Assembly (NCBI GenBank): GCA_965222215.1 | Contig: OZ244931.1 | Coordinates: 1,716,546 to 1,780,545 of the forward strand | Source of the DNA: Alphaproteobacteria bacterium | GTDB lineage: Bacteria > Pseudomonadota > Alphaproteobacteria > UBA6615 | Direction: 5' to 3' | DNA length: 64,000 nt | Shown: positions 1-9,002 of the stretch, piece by piece | How the letters are laid out: each line of letters opens with the position of its first letter | Numbering within the stretch: position 1 is the stretch's first letter | Notes under the pieces: generated by a model | Told to the model about the DNA's origin: nothing | Databases searched by the model: none | The model's input: the letters and a program-made list of their open reading frames with translations, nothing else | Made by a program: the position numbers and the translations under genes

Positions 1-1800
1 TATCTGGACGAGCACCGCCAGAGCATTCGCTCCGACGCGCTGGCGATCGCGGATGAAATCAACAAGACCTGGCCGGGAATCTCGCTCGATCCGCAGCGCG
101 CGCGTGAAATTATCGAGGATGAGTCCGAAGTACGGTCCGTGCCGGGGGCGGTGCTGTTCGACAGGACGGGCCGGGTCATAGCGCGGGCCGGATTTACCTC
201 GTCGTTGCTGTTCGATCTTCCGCCGACACTTGCCATTGCGGATGCGGCGCAGGGCCAGCCCGTGGTTCTGACGAGCGAGAACGAGGACCGGGTTCGCGCT
301 CTCGTCGGTCTAAACACCCGACCGCAGGCCTTCCTGTATGTCGGGCGTTTCATCGACCCGAATGTCTTGCGCTACCGCGAGACGACAAAGCGGGCCGCGA
401 GCGAATATGCCCGCGCCGAGACACGCCGTTCGCGTCTGGAACTGGAGCTGGCGGCGATTTTTGTCATCGTAACCCTTCTGCTGTTGCTTACGGCGGTCGG
501 CGTCGGCCTTGGTTTCGCCAACCGTTTGTCGCGCCATATCGCCAATCTCGTGCAAGCGGCAGAGATGGTGCGCTCGGGCAATCTGGGGGTGCGCCTGCGC
601 GAAGAAACCAGCGCGGACGACGAGATCGGCATGCTCACGCGCTCGTTCAACCGTATGACCCGGCAGTTGGACGAACAGCGCGGCGAACTGACCGAGGCCA
701 ACCGGCAGCTTGAGGATCGCCGCCGGTTTACCGAAGCGGTCCTGGCCGGCGTGTCGGCCGGCGTTATTGGCCTCGACCGTTCGGGGCGGGTGAACCTGCC
801 GAACCGCCCGGCGACGGCCCTGCTGGGCGTCGGGCTCGAGGAGCTGATGGGCCGCCCGCTCGCCGATACGATTCCGGAGTTTGCCGATGTCGTGGACCAG
901 GCTATCTCCGACCCGGACCGGCTCATCGAGGATGAAATCACCGTCGTAACGGAAGAAGGAAAGCTGACGTTGCATGTCCGCATCGCGGCCGAACGGGACG
1001 GGCGCGGAGACGTGATCGGTTTCGTGGTGACCTTTGACGATGTGACGGAATTGCAGTCCGCGCAGCGCAAGGCGGCCTGGGCCGATGTGGCGCGGCGGAT
1101 CGCCCACGAGATCAAGAATCCGCTGACGCCGATTCAACTCTCGGCGGAACGCCTGAAGCGAAAATATCTCGACGAGGTCAAGAGTGACCCGGAAACCTTT
1201 GCCCAATGCACCGACACGATCGTTCGCCAGGTCGGCGATATCGGTCGAATGGTCGACGAGTTTTCCTCATTCGCAAGAATGCCGAATGCAGTCATGGAGC
1301 GTGCGGACCTCGTCAAGGTTTGCCGCGAGGCGCTGTTTTTGCAGCAGCAGGCGCATCGTGGCATTGAATTCGAGGTGGATATGCCCGGCGACGCCGTCTT
1401 TGCCGAATGCGACAAGGGGCTGCTCAGTCAGGCCCTGACGAACCTTTTGCAGAATGCGGTGGATGCGATCGACGGTCGCGCGAAGGAGAATCCCGAAACC
1501 GGCTGGATATCGCTGCGTTTGTCCGAATCGGTTGCCAAAGCGTCGATAGTCGTTGAAGACAACGGGCGGGGGTTACCCGAGAAGGAACGTGATCGTTTGA
1601 CGGAACCTTATGTGACCACACGGACGAAAGGGACCGGTTTGGGGCTCGCGATTGTTTCTCGGATCGTCGAACAGCATGGCGGCACAATCCGTCTCGAAGA
1701 CCGGCCCGGCGAAACGGGCGCTCGCGTGTCGCTTGTGCTGCCTCTGGAACAATCACACCGCACGTCCGCTGCAGACGAAAGACGAGCGACCGACCGCTAA
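1..1800 (+). CDS. ntrY: Nitrogen-regulation sensor histidine kinase NtrY, 3' portion (frame is open from base 1; 5' end upstream of window)
   Basis: HAMP-like segment, PAS, H-box HEIKNPLTPIQLSAERL, HATPase motifs DNGRGL / GTGLGL; immediately followed by ntrX. Confidence 0.85.
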   Translation, partial: YLDEHRQSIRSDALAIADEINKTWPGISLDPQRAREIIEDESEVRSVPGAVLFDRTGRVIARAGFTSSLLFDLPPTLAIADAAQGQPVVLTSENEDRVRALVGLNTRPQAFLYVGRFIDPNVLRYRETTKRAASEYARAETRRSRLELELAAIFVIVTLLLLLTAVGVGLGFANRLSRHIANLVQAAEMVRSGNLGVRLREETSADDEIGMLTRSFNRMTRQLDEQRGELTEANRQLEDRRRFTEAVLAGVSAGVIGLDRSGRVNLPNRPATALLGVGLEELMGRPLADTIPEFADVVDQAISDPDRLIEDEITVVTEEGKLTLHVRIAAERDGRGDVIGFVVTFDDVTELQSAQRKAAWADVARRIAHEIKNPLTPIQLSAERLKRKYLDEVKSDPETFAQCTDTIVRQVGDIGRMVDEFSSFARMPNAVMERADLVKVCREALFLQQQAHRGIEFEVDMPGDAVFAECDKGLLSQALTNLLQNAVDAIDGRAKENPETGWISLRLSESVAKASIVVEDNGRGLPEKERDRLTEPYVTTRTKGTGLGLAIVSRIVEQHGGTIRLEDRPGETGARVSLVLPLEQSHRTSAADERRATDR

Positions 1801-1803
1801 GCC

Positions 1804-3204
1804 ATGGCCGACGATATTCTGATAGTCGACGACGAGGACGATATCCGGCTGCTGATATCCGGGGTCCTCGAAGACGAGGGGTACGAGACCCGCGAAGCCA
1901 AGGATTCGGAGTCCGCGCTCGAACAGATCGCCGCGCGGCGGCCCAACCTTGTGATTCTCGATATCTGGCTCGAAGGCAGCCGGCTCGACGGGATGGAGTT
2001 GCTGCACATCATCCGGCGCGAACATCCGGGAGTTCCCCTGGTCATGATCAGCGGGCACGGTTCGATCGAAACAGCGGTGCAGGCGATCAAGGTCGGTGCC
2101 TACGACTATATCGAGAAGCCGTTCAAGACCGACCGGTTGATCCTGATCGTCTCGCGCGCCATCGAAGCGGCGCGACTGCGGCGTGAGAACCGCGAACTGC
2201 GTTTGCGCGCCGGCCCCGAAACGGAGCTGATCGGCGAGACGGCGTCGATGGCGCAGTTGCGGCAGTCGGTCGACAAGGTGGCGCCCACAGGCAGCAGGGT
2301 CCTGATCAGCGGCTCCGCCGGGGCCGGCAAGGAAGTGGTCGCTCGGATGTTGCATGCTCATTCGCGCCGCGCGGACCAGCCTTTCGTCGTGGTCAACTGT
2401 GCGGCGATGGCGCCGGAGCGAATGGAATCCGAACTGTTCGGGGTCGAGGCGTCCCGCGCCTCCGGCGAAGAGGGCCGGAAGATCGGTCTTTTGGAGCAGG
2501 CACATAACGGGACATTGCTGTTCGACGAAATCGGTGACATGCCGCTGGAGACCCAGGGGAAGATCGTGCGCGTCCTGCAGGACCAGACCTTCCAGCCGGT
2601 CGGGGGGCAGCGAAAGATTCAAGTCGATGTCCGCGTGGTGGCGACCACCACGCGCGATCTTCAACAGGAGATTGCGGACGGGCAATTCCGCGAAGACCTT
2701 TTCTATCGGCTGAGTGTGGTGCCGCTTGAGGTGCCGGACCTTGCCGAACGGCGCGAGGATATTCCGAAGCTGGCGGATCATTTCATCCGCCGCTCGGCCG
2801 AGACGGGCGGCATGCCGACGCGCCGCATCGGGCCGGACGCCATGTCTGCGCTGCAGGCGCATGACTGGCCCGGAAATGTCCGCCAGCTTCGCAACGTCAT
2901 CGAATGGCTGATGATCATGGCGCCGTCCGATCCACATCAGCCCATTCGCGCCGACATGCTGCCGCCGGAACTGACGGAAAAGGCGCCGAAAGCGCTACAG
3001 GGCGCGGGCCAGACCGAATTCCTCAGCCTGTCATTGCGTGACGCGCGCGAAGAATTCGAGAGGCAGTATCTGGAAGCGCAGATCAATCGTTTCGGTGGTA
3101 ATGTGTCGAAGACCGCAACCTTCGTCGGCATGGAGCGTTCGGCTTTGCATCGAAAGCTGAAGTCGCTCGGCGTTCAGGGGCCGACGATACGAAACTCGGA
3201 CTAG
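1804..3204 (+). CDS. ntrX: Sigma-54-dependent response regulator NtrX (receiver + AAA+ + HTH)
   Basis: Receiver domain, GESGTGKE-like Walker A (GSAGAGKEVVAR), GAFTGA-like region, C-terminal HTH; 4-nt gap after ntrY. Confidence 0.9.
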   Translation: MADDILIVDDEDDIRLLISGVLEDEGYETREAKDSESALEQIAARRPNLVILDIWLEGSRLDGMELLHIIRREHPGVPLVMISGHGSIETAVQAIKVGAYDYIEKPFKTDRLILIVSRAIEAARLRRENRELRLRAGPETELIGETASMAQLRQSVDKVAPTGSRVLISGSAGAGKEVVARMLHAHSRRADQPFVVVNCAAMAPERMESELFGVEASRASGEEGRKIGLLEQAHNGTLLFDEIGDMPLETQGKIVRVLQDQTFQPVGGQRKIQVDVRVVATTTRDLQQEIADGQFREDLFYRLSVVPLEVPDLAERREDIPKLADHFIRRSAETGGMPTRRIGPDAMSALQAHDWPGNVRQLRNVIEWLMIMAPSDPHQPIRADMLPPELTEKAPKALQGAGQTEFLSLSLRDAREEFERQYLEAQINRFGGNVSKTATFVGMERSALHRKLKSLGVQGPTIRNSD

Positions 3205-3267
3205 GGGCCAGCATTCGCGCGCGTTTGACGAAATTTCGTCACGCCGTTCGATACTCGGGAATTTCCT

Positions 3268-4644
3268 ATGAAAGCGATTATTTGCGGCGGCGGCCAGGTC
3301 GGCTCCAGCATTGCACGCGAACTTGCGGCGGAACGGGTCGACGTCACCGTTATCGACCAAAGTCCGGACCTGATTCGGCGGATTCGCGACACGCTGGACG
3401 TCACCGCCATGGTCGGGTTTGCCTCCCATCCGGACGTGCTTGAAGCCGCCGGCGCGCGCGATGCGGACATGATCGTGGCCGTGACGTTCGCTGACGAAGT
3501 GAACATGATCGCGTGCCAGGTCGCACACTCGCTTTTCGATGTGCCCATGAAAATCGCGCGCGTGCGGGCACAGAGTTACCGAAACCCGATCTGGTCGGAC
3601 CTGTTTTCGCGCGACCACATGCCTATCGACGTGATCATTTCGCCGGAGATCGAGGTGGCGCGCGCCATCAGTCGGCGTTTCACGGTCCCCGGCTCGTTCG
3701 AGATGATTCCACTGGCCGAAAACCGGCTCCGCCTGATCGGCGTGCGCTGCGAGAATAACTGTCCCATCCTCGACACGCCGCTACGCCAGCTCACGACGCT
3801 TTTTCCGGACCTGCGACTATCGACGATCGGAATCATCCGTGAAGGCAAGCCGATCGTGCCGACGGGCGACGACCACCTGGAAGTCGGCGACGAGGTCTAT
3901 ATTGTCGTCGACGCGGAACATGTGCCGCGCTCAATGGCGGCGTTCGGCCATGACGAACCCGAAGCGCGGCGAGTGGTCATCATCGGCGGCGGGAACATCG
4001 GCCAGAGCCTCGCGCAAGATATCGAGGAGCAATTTTCCGGCGTATCGGCTCGCCTGATCGAGCTGGACAAGGAACGCGCCCAGAGCGCGGCCCAGGCCTT
4101 GTCCAAAACCACCGTCATCAATGGCGATGCGCTCGATCCCGATATCCTCGGCGAGGCGAACATCAGCAAGACCAGTACGGTCGTGGCGGTCACCAACGAC
4201 GACGAGGTGAATATTCTCGCCTCCCTGCTGGCAAAGCGGTACGGGGCGGAACGCGCCGTAACCCTGGTCAACAGCAATACCTACAACCCGTTGCTGGCGC
4301 CGCTGGGTATCGATGTGGTCGTGAACCCGCGCGTGATTACGGTCTCGACGATCCTTCAGGTAATTCGCCGCGGACGTATCAGATCGGTGCACTCCATCGG
4401 CGAGAACTTCGGCGAGGTGATCGAGGCCGAAGCGCTGGAGACATCGAGCCTCGTCGGGCAACCCATCAAGGACGCGAAGCTGCCTCAAGGCGTGATCGTG
4501 TCGGCAGTGATCCGTGACGGTGAGGTCATCATGGTCGACAAGGAAACGGTCATCAATGTGGGTGACCGGGTGATCCTTTTCGCGACCAAGGATGCTGTCC
4601 GCAAGGTGGAGCGGATGTTTGCCGTCCGCCTTGAGTTTTTTTAG
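3268..4644 (+). CDS. trkA: Trk potassium uptake protein TrkA (tandem NAD-binding + RCK_C domains)
   Basis: Two GxGxxG Rossmann motifs (ICGGGQVG, IIGGGNIG), 458 aa, conserved position after ntrYX. Confidence 0.85.
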   Translation: MKAIICGGGQVGSSIARELAAERVDVTVIDQSPDLIRRIRDTLDVTAMVGFASHPDVLEAAGARDADMIVAVTFADEVNMIACQVAHSLFDVPMKIARVRAQSYRNPIWSDLFSRDHMPIDVIISPEIEVARAISRRFTVPGSFEMIPLAENRLRLIGVRCENNCPILDTPLRQLTTLFPDLRLSTIGIIREGKPIVPTGDDHLEVGDEVYIVVDAEHVPRSMAAFGHDEPEARRVVIIGGGNIGQSLAQDIEEQFSGVSARLIELDKERAQSAAQALSKTTVINGDALDPDILGEANISKTSTVVAVTNDDEVNILASLLAKRYGAERAVTLVNSNTYNPLLAPLGIDVVVNPRVITVSTILQVIRRGRIRSVHSIGENFGEVIEAEALETSSLVGQPIKDAKLPQGVIVSAVIRDGEVIMVDKETVINVGDRVILFATKDAVRKVERMFAVRLEFF

Positions 4645-4661
4645 AGGCGCGGAGCAGGGCA

Positions 4662-5531
4662 TTGCCGAGGATTGCTTACGTCAACGGGCGGTATGTCGAC
4701 CACCGCATGGCATCGGTCCATGTGGAAGATCGTGGCTACCAGTTTGCCGACGGGGTCTACGAGGTCATCCATCTGTTCCGCAATCGCCTGATCGACGAAG
4801 AGCCGCACCTCGATCGTCTGGATCGTTCCCTGGGTGAGCTCGATATGGCATGGCCCATGAGCCGTTCCGCGATGAAGGTCGCCATGCGCGAAATCGTTCG
4901 TCGCAACAGTTTTGCGACCGGCCTCCTGTACATCCAGGTGACACGCGGTGTCGCCCGCCGGGACCACAAGTTTCCGGAACAACCGGTGTCGTCGATTGTG
5001 GTGACGGTGCGTCCCATACCTGAATTCCCCGACGATATGCGTGAGCAGGGTGTCAACGTCGTGACGATCGAGGACATTCGCTGGGCGCGATGCGATATCA
5101 AATCCGTTTCGCTGCTGCCGAATGTTCTGGGCAAGCAGCAGGCAGCCGAAGCCGGTGCGTACGAAGCCTGGATGTTCGATGACGATGGGTTCATTACCGA
5201 GGGTACGTCGTCGAACGCCTGGATAGTCACGGGGGAGGGAACGCTGGTCACCCGCCCGGCGGCCAACGACATCCTGCGGGGAATTACCCGTCAGGCTATC
5301 CTGAAGCTCGCGGATGAACTCGAAATTCCATTCGAGGAACGAAAGTTCACGCGCGAAGAGGCCTGGACGGCGCGCGAGGCGTTCATGAGCAATTCGTCAC
5401 ATTTCGTGACCCCGGTGACGCGGATTGACGATGCGGTCATTGCGAATGGCCGTCCCGGTACGCTCAGTTCTGCATTGCATGATCGGTATCTCGAATTCAT
5501 GCTAGAATTTCATGTACTTGAAGAGGTTTGA
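4662..5531 (+). CDS. dat: Class IV aminotransferase (D-amino-acid / branched-chain aminotransferase family)
   Basis: Fold-type IV PLP enzyme motifs (YQFADGVYEV, catalytic K region), 289 aa, conserved between trkA and hfq. Confidence 0.75.
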   Translation: MPRIAYVNGRYVDHRMASVHVEDRGYQFADGVYEVIHLFRNRLIDEEPHLDRLDRSLGELDMAWPMSRSAMKVAMREIVRRNSFATGLLYIQVTRGVARRDHKFPEQPVSSIVVTVRPIPEFPDDMREQGVNVVTIEDIRWARCDIKSVSLLPNVLGKQQAAEAGAYEAWMFDDDGFITEGTSSNAWIVTGEGTLVTRPAANDILRGITRQAILKLADELEIPFEERKFTREEAWTAREAFMSNSSHFVTPVTRIDDAVIANGRPGTLSSALHDRYLEFMLEFHVLEEV

Positions 5532-5685
5532 TGCGGAATCCGAACATTTCCGGTCTTTCGGACTGGAAATCCGGCTTCCAAGGACTCACGTATAGAGGCG
5601 TATCGGCGGGCGTTTGCCGCCTTAACCTACTAACCCGAAGCACGCATAATACAACCCAAACAAGAATACGGCTGAGGTAAAAAAG

Positions 5686-5949
5686 ATGGCTGCTGAACGG
5701 TCACAGAACGTTCAGGACGTTTTCCTGAACCACATTCGCAAGAACAAAACGCCCGTGACGATCTTTCTGGTCAACGGGGTGAAACTGCAGGGTGTCGTCA
5801 CGTGGTTCGACAACTTCTGCGTTCTCTTGCGGCGCGACGCGCACTCGCAACTGGTTTACAAGCACGCGATTTCGACGGTGATGCCCTCGATGCCCGTGCA
5901 GCTGTTCGAACCGGAAACCGAAGATCACGAGGCCGAAGCGGCCGAGTAG
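5686..5949 (+). CDS. hfq: RNA chaperone Hfq
   Basis: Sm1/Sm2 motifs [26 protein letters not shown]...YKHAIST; AG-rich RBS (ggctgaggtaaaaaag) before ATG. Confidence 0.95.
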   Translation: MAAERSQNVQDVFLNHIRKNKTPVTIFLVNGVKLQGVVTWFDNFCVLLRRDAHSQLVYKHAISTVMPSMPVQLFEPETEDHEAEAAE

Positions 5950-5958
5950 TCGCCGGTT

Positions 5959-7308
5959 TTGGCGTACAACGACCCGCACACCAACGGAAGCGACGGCGGT
6001 CACCAGACGCGCGCTGTCGTTCTGCAACCCGTGATACGGGACCGTGGCCCGCATTCGGCGGATCGCGACCCCGAGGTGTTGCTCGAAGAAACGGCCGGTC
6101 TTGCCCGTGCCATCGACCTCGACCTGGCCGCGTGCCGCGTGGTCACGCTCAACCGTCCCCGGCCGGCAACGCTGTTCGGCGAAGGTGTCGTCGACGAGGT
6201 GCATGACCGTGTCAAAGCCGAGGAGGCGGGCCTCGTAATCGTCGGCGGCCCGCTTTCGCCGGTGCAGCAACGCAACCTCGAACGTGCCTGGTCCTGCAAG
6301 GTGATCGACCGGACGGGGCTTATCCTCGAAATATTCGGTGCCCGCGCACGCACCCGGGAAGGCCAGCTGCAGGTTGAACTTGCAGCGTTGACCTATCAAC
6401 GCAGCCGTCTTGTGAGGTCCTGGACCCATCTTGAGCGTCAGCGCGGCGGGTTCGGATTCGTGGGCGGGCCGGGTGAAAGCCAGATCGAACTCGACCGCCG
6501 GATGATCGACGACCGGATCGCCCGGCTCAAACGTGACCTGGACCAGGTTCGCCGCACGCGGGGATTGCACAGACGGGCCCGGGAACGGGTGCCGTATCCG
6601 CTGATCGCGCTTGTCGGCTACACGAACGCGGGCAAATCGACCCTGTTCAACCGGCTGACGCGCGCCGATATCTACGCTGAAGACATGCTGTTCGCGACCC
6701 TCGATCCAACGATGCGCCAGCTCGAACTCCCGTCGGGCAGGACCGCGATTCTTTCAGATACGGTCGGCTTTATCTCTGAACTGCCCCACGACCTCGTGGC
6801 CGCGTTCCGCGCGACCCTCGAGGAAGTCGTGGCGGCGGATATCATACTTCACGTCCGCGATTGCGCCGATCCCGATACAGAAGGCCAGCGGCAGGACGTC
6901 GAGGAAATCCTGAAGAACCTCATCGCGCAGCCGGATCAGGATGACGACGGGAAGTCGCCGGTCCGTATTGAGGTCCTGAACAAGACCGATCTGCTTCCGC
7001 CTGACGAACTGGTGGAGATCCAGGCGCGCGCCGATCGATCGGCGGACATTGTCGCGCTGTCTGCCGCGAGCGGTGCTGGATGCGATGCATTGCTGACGAC
7101 GATCGATGATGCCCTTGCGGCGTTTGACTCGGTGGCCGATGTCGAAGTGGATTTGAGTGACGGCGCGACCATGGCCTGGCTTTACGAAAAAGGTGAAGTC
7201 CTGGCGCGGGAGGACGACGGCATGCAAAGCCGTTTGACCGTGCGCCTGGCACCCCGCGACCTTGCCCGTTTGCACAAACAGCAAGGCAAAGACGGTTCAT
7301 CCGCATGA
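5959..7308 (+). CDS. hflX: GTPase HflX
   Basis: G1 GYTNAGKST, G3 DTVGF, G4 NKTD; directly downstream of hfq; start codon uncertain (TTG at ORF-track start). Confidence 0.85.
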   Translation: MAYNDPHTNGSDGGHQTRAVVLQPVIRDRGPHSADRDPEVLLEETAGLARAIDLDLAACRVVTLNRPRPATLFGEGVVDEVHDRVKAEEAGLVIVGGPLSPVQQRNLERAWSCKVIDRTGLILEIFGARARTREGQLQVELAALTYQRSRLVRSWTHLERQRGGFGFVGGPGESQIELDRRMIDDRIARLKRDLDQVRRTRGLHRRARERVPYPLIALVGYTNAGKSTLFNRLTRADIYAEDMLFATLDPTMRQLELPSGRTAILSDTVGFISELPHDLVAAFRATLEEVVAADIILHVRDCADPDTEGQRQDVEEILKNLIAQPDQDDDGKSPVRIEVLNKTDLLPPDELVEIQARADRSADIVALSAASGAGCDALLTTIDDALAAFDSVADVEVDLSDGATMAWLYEKGEVLAREDDGMQSRLTVRLAPRDLARLHKQQGKDGSSA

Positions 7309-8105
7309 CCGCTCTCGTGACCCGGCCGGAAACGGTCATCGAGCTGATGAAAGCGGCTGCAGAGGAAATCATTCTGCCCCGGTTCCGGTCTCTCGAAGAT
7401 GGCGATATCGACGAAAAAGACGGCGGCGAACTCGTGACGGTCGCCGACATCGAGACGGAGAAATGGCTCACCGCGAGGCTGCCGTCCCTGCTTCCCGGGA
7501 GCACCGTCGTCGGAGAAGAGGCTGTGTTCGCCGACAGGTCCGTGTTCGACCGGCTGGCCGGCAGCGATCCCGTTTGGGTGATCGATCCCATAGACGGCAC
7601 GTGGAACTTCGCACATGGCCGGCCCGTGTTCGCGGTGCTGATCGCGCTCGTGCTCAAGGGCGATGTGATCGGCGGTTGGATATACGAGCCGGTCTCCGGC
7701 ACGACGGTGATCGGCCAACGCGGCGACGGGGTTGAGTTCGACGGCGAGACGCTGAGGTTGGCGACGCCCGGCGGCGGGCGCTATGTCGGCACGGCGGCGC
7801 GCTATCTGTTCGAGCGCGCGGAAGCGAATGCCGATGTATTCGAGGGCGTGTATCGCCCGAACTGCGCGGGCCACGAATACGTCCTGATCCTGTCCGGCGA
7901 GCGATCTTTCTCGGCCTATACGAAGCTGATGCCCTGGGACCATGCAGCGGGAAGTTTTCTCGTGGTCGAGGCCGGCGGCCACAGCGCCCTGTTGAGCGAA
8001 GGACGTTACGATGTGGCGAGACCGAGCGGCGACCTGCTGACCGCGAACAGCGAGACGGCATGGCACGACGTGGCCGCGATCCTGAATAGCGACGCAACAA
8101 CCTGA
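7305..8105 (+). CDS. Inositol monophosphatase family protein
   Basis: IMPase motifs WVIDPIDGT and later D-rich region; start overlaps hflX stop (ATGA). Confidence 0.7.
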   Translation: MTALVTRPETVIELMKAAAEEIILPRFRSLEDGDIDEKDGGELVTVADIETEKWLTARLPSLLPGSTVVGEEAVFADRSVFDRLAGSDPVWVIDPIDGTWNFAHGRPVFAVLIALVLKGDVIGGWIYEPVSGTTVIGQRGDGVEFDGETLRLATPGGGRYVGTAARYLFERAEANADVFEGVYRPNCAGHEYVLILSGERSFSAYTKLMPWDHAAGSFLVVEAGGHSALLSEGRYDVARPSGDLLTANSETAWHDVAAILNSDATT

Positions 8106-8120
8106 GTGAGGGGAAAGTTC

Positions 8121-8999
8121 ATGGCTGACAATGTGAAGACGGCGTTTATCGGTTTGGGCGTGATGGGATATCCGATGGCGGGGTATCTGCGCCGTGCCGG
8201 TCATGACGTTGCGGTGTTCAATCGGACTTCGGCAAAAGCGGACAAGTGGGTGAACGAGCATGGCGGCTCCGCGCATGCGACCCCGCGCGAGGCGGCGAGC
8301 GGCGCCGATATCGTCTTCGTCTGCGTCGGAAACGACGACGATGTGCGCAGCGTCGTTTTGGGCGAGGAGGGTGCGCTCGCCGGGATGAACAAGGGCGCGA
8401 TCCTTGTCGATCACACGACAGCGTCCGCCGATCTTGCCCGTGAACTGGCGCAGACATGTTCCGACGCCGGAATGGGTTTTCTGGATGCCCCGGTTTCGGG
8501 CGGACAGGCCGGCGCGGAGAACGGCATGCTGACCGTCATGGCCGGCGGCGAACAGGAAACATTCGACCGGGCGGCGCCGGTGATCGACGCCTACTCACAG
8601 GCCTGCACGCTGATCGGGCCGGCCGGTTCCGGCCAGCTGGCGAAGATGGTCAACCAGATCTGTATCGCGGGGGTCGTTCAGGGGCTATCGGAGGCGGTGA
8701 ATTTCGGCATGAAAGCCGGGCTCGATATGGAGAAGGTCATCGGCACCATCTCCAAGGGCGCGGCGCAGAGCTGGCAGATGGAAAACCGTTGGGAAACGAT
8801 GGTGGAAGGCAAGTTCGACTACGGGTTCGCGGTCGACTGGATGCGCAAGGACCTGGGGATTTGCCTGGCCGAAGGCGAGAGGAACGACGCGCGCCTGCCC
8901 GTGACGGCGCTGGTCGACCAGTTCTATGCGCATGTCCAGGCGCGCGGTGGCCAACGCTGGGACACGTCGAGCCTGATCCACCTGCTGGCGAACGACTGA
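8121..8999 (+). CDS. NAD(P)-dependent oxidoreductase, 3-hydroxyisobutyrate dehydrogenase / 2-hydroxy-3-oxopropionate reductase family
   Basis: N-terminal GLGVMG Rossmann motif; ATG at 8121 preceded by GAGGGG RBS preferred over GTG at 8106. Confidence 0.75.
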   Translation: MADNVKTAFIGLGVMGYPMAGYLRRAGHDVAVFNRTSAKADKWVNEHGGSAHATPREAASGADIVFVCVGNDDDVRSVVLGEEGALAGMNKGAILVDHTTASADLARELAQTCSDAGMGFLDAPVSGGQAGAENGMLTVMAGGEQETFDRAAPVIDAYSQACTLIGPAGSGQLAKMVNQICIAGVVQGLSEAVNFGMKAGLDMEKVIGTISKGAAQSWQMENRWETMVEGKFDYGFAVDWMRKDLGICLAEGERNDARLPVTALVDQFYAHVQARGGQRWDTSSLIHLLAND

Positions 9000-9002
9000 T
9001 TC

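Noticed and set aside
1753-2937. 394-aa minus-strand ORF antisense to ntrX
   Set aside because: ntrX has an unambiguous receiver/AAA+/HTH architecture on the plus strand. Antisense product is low-complexity Arg-rich.
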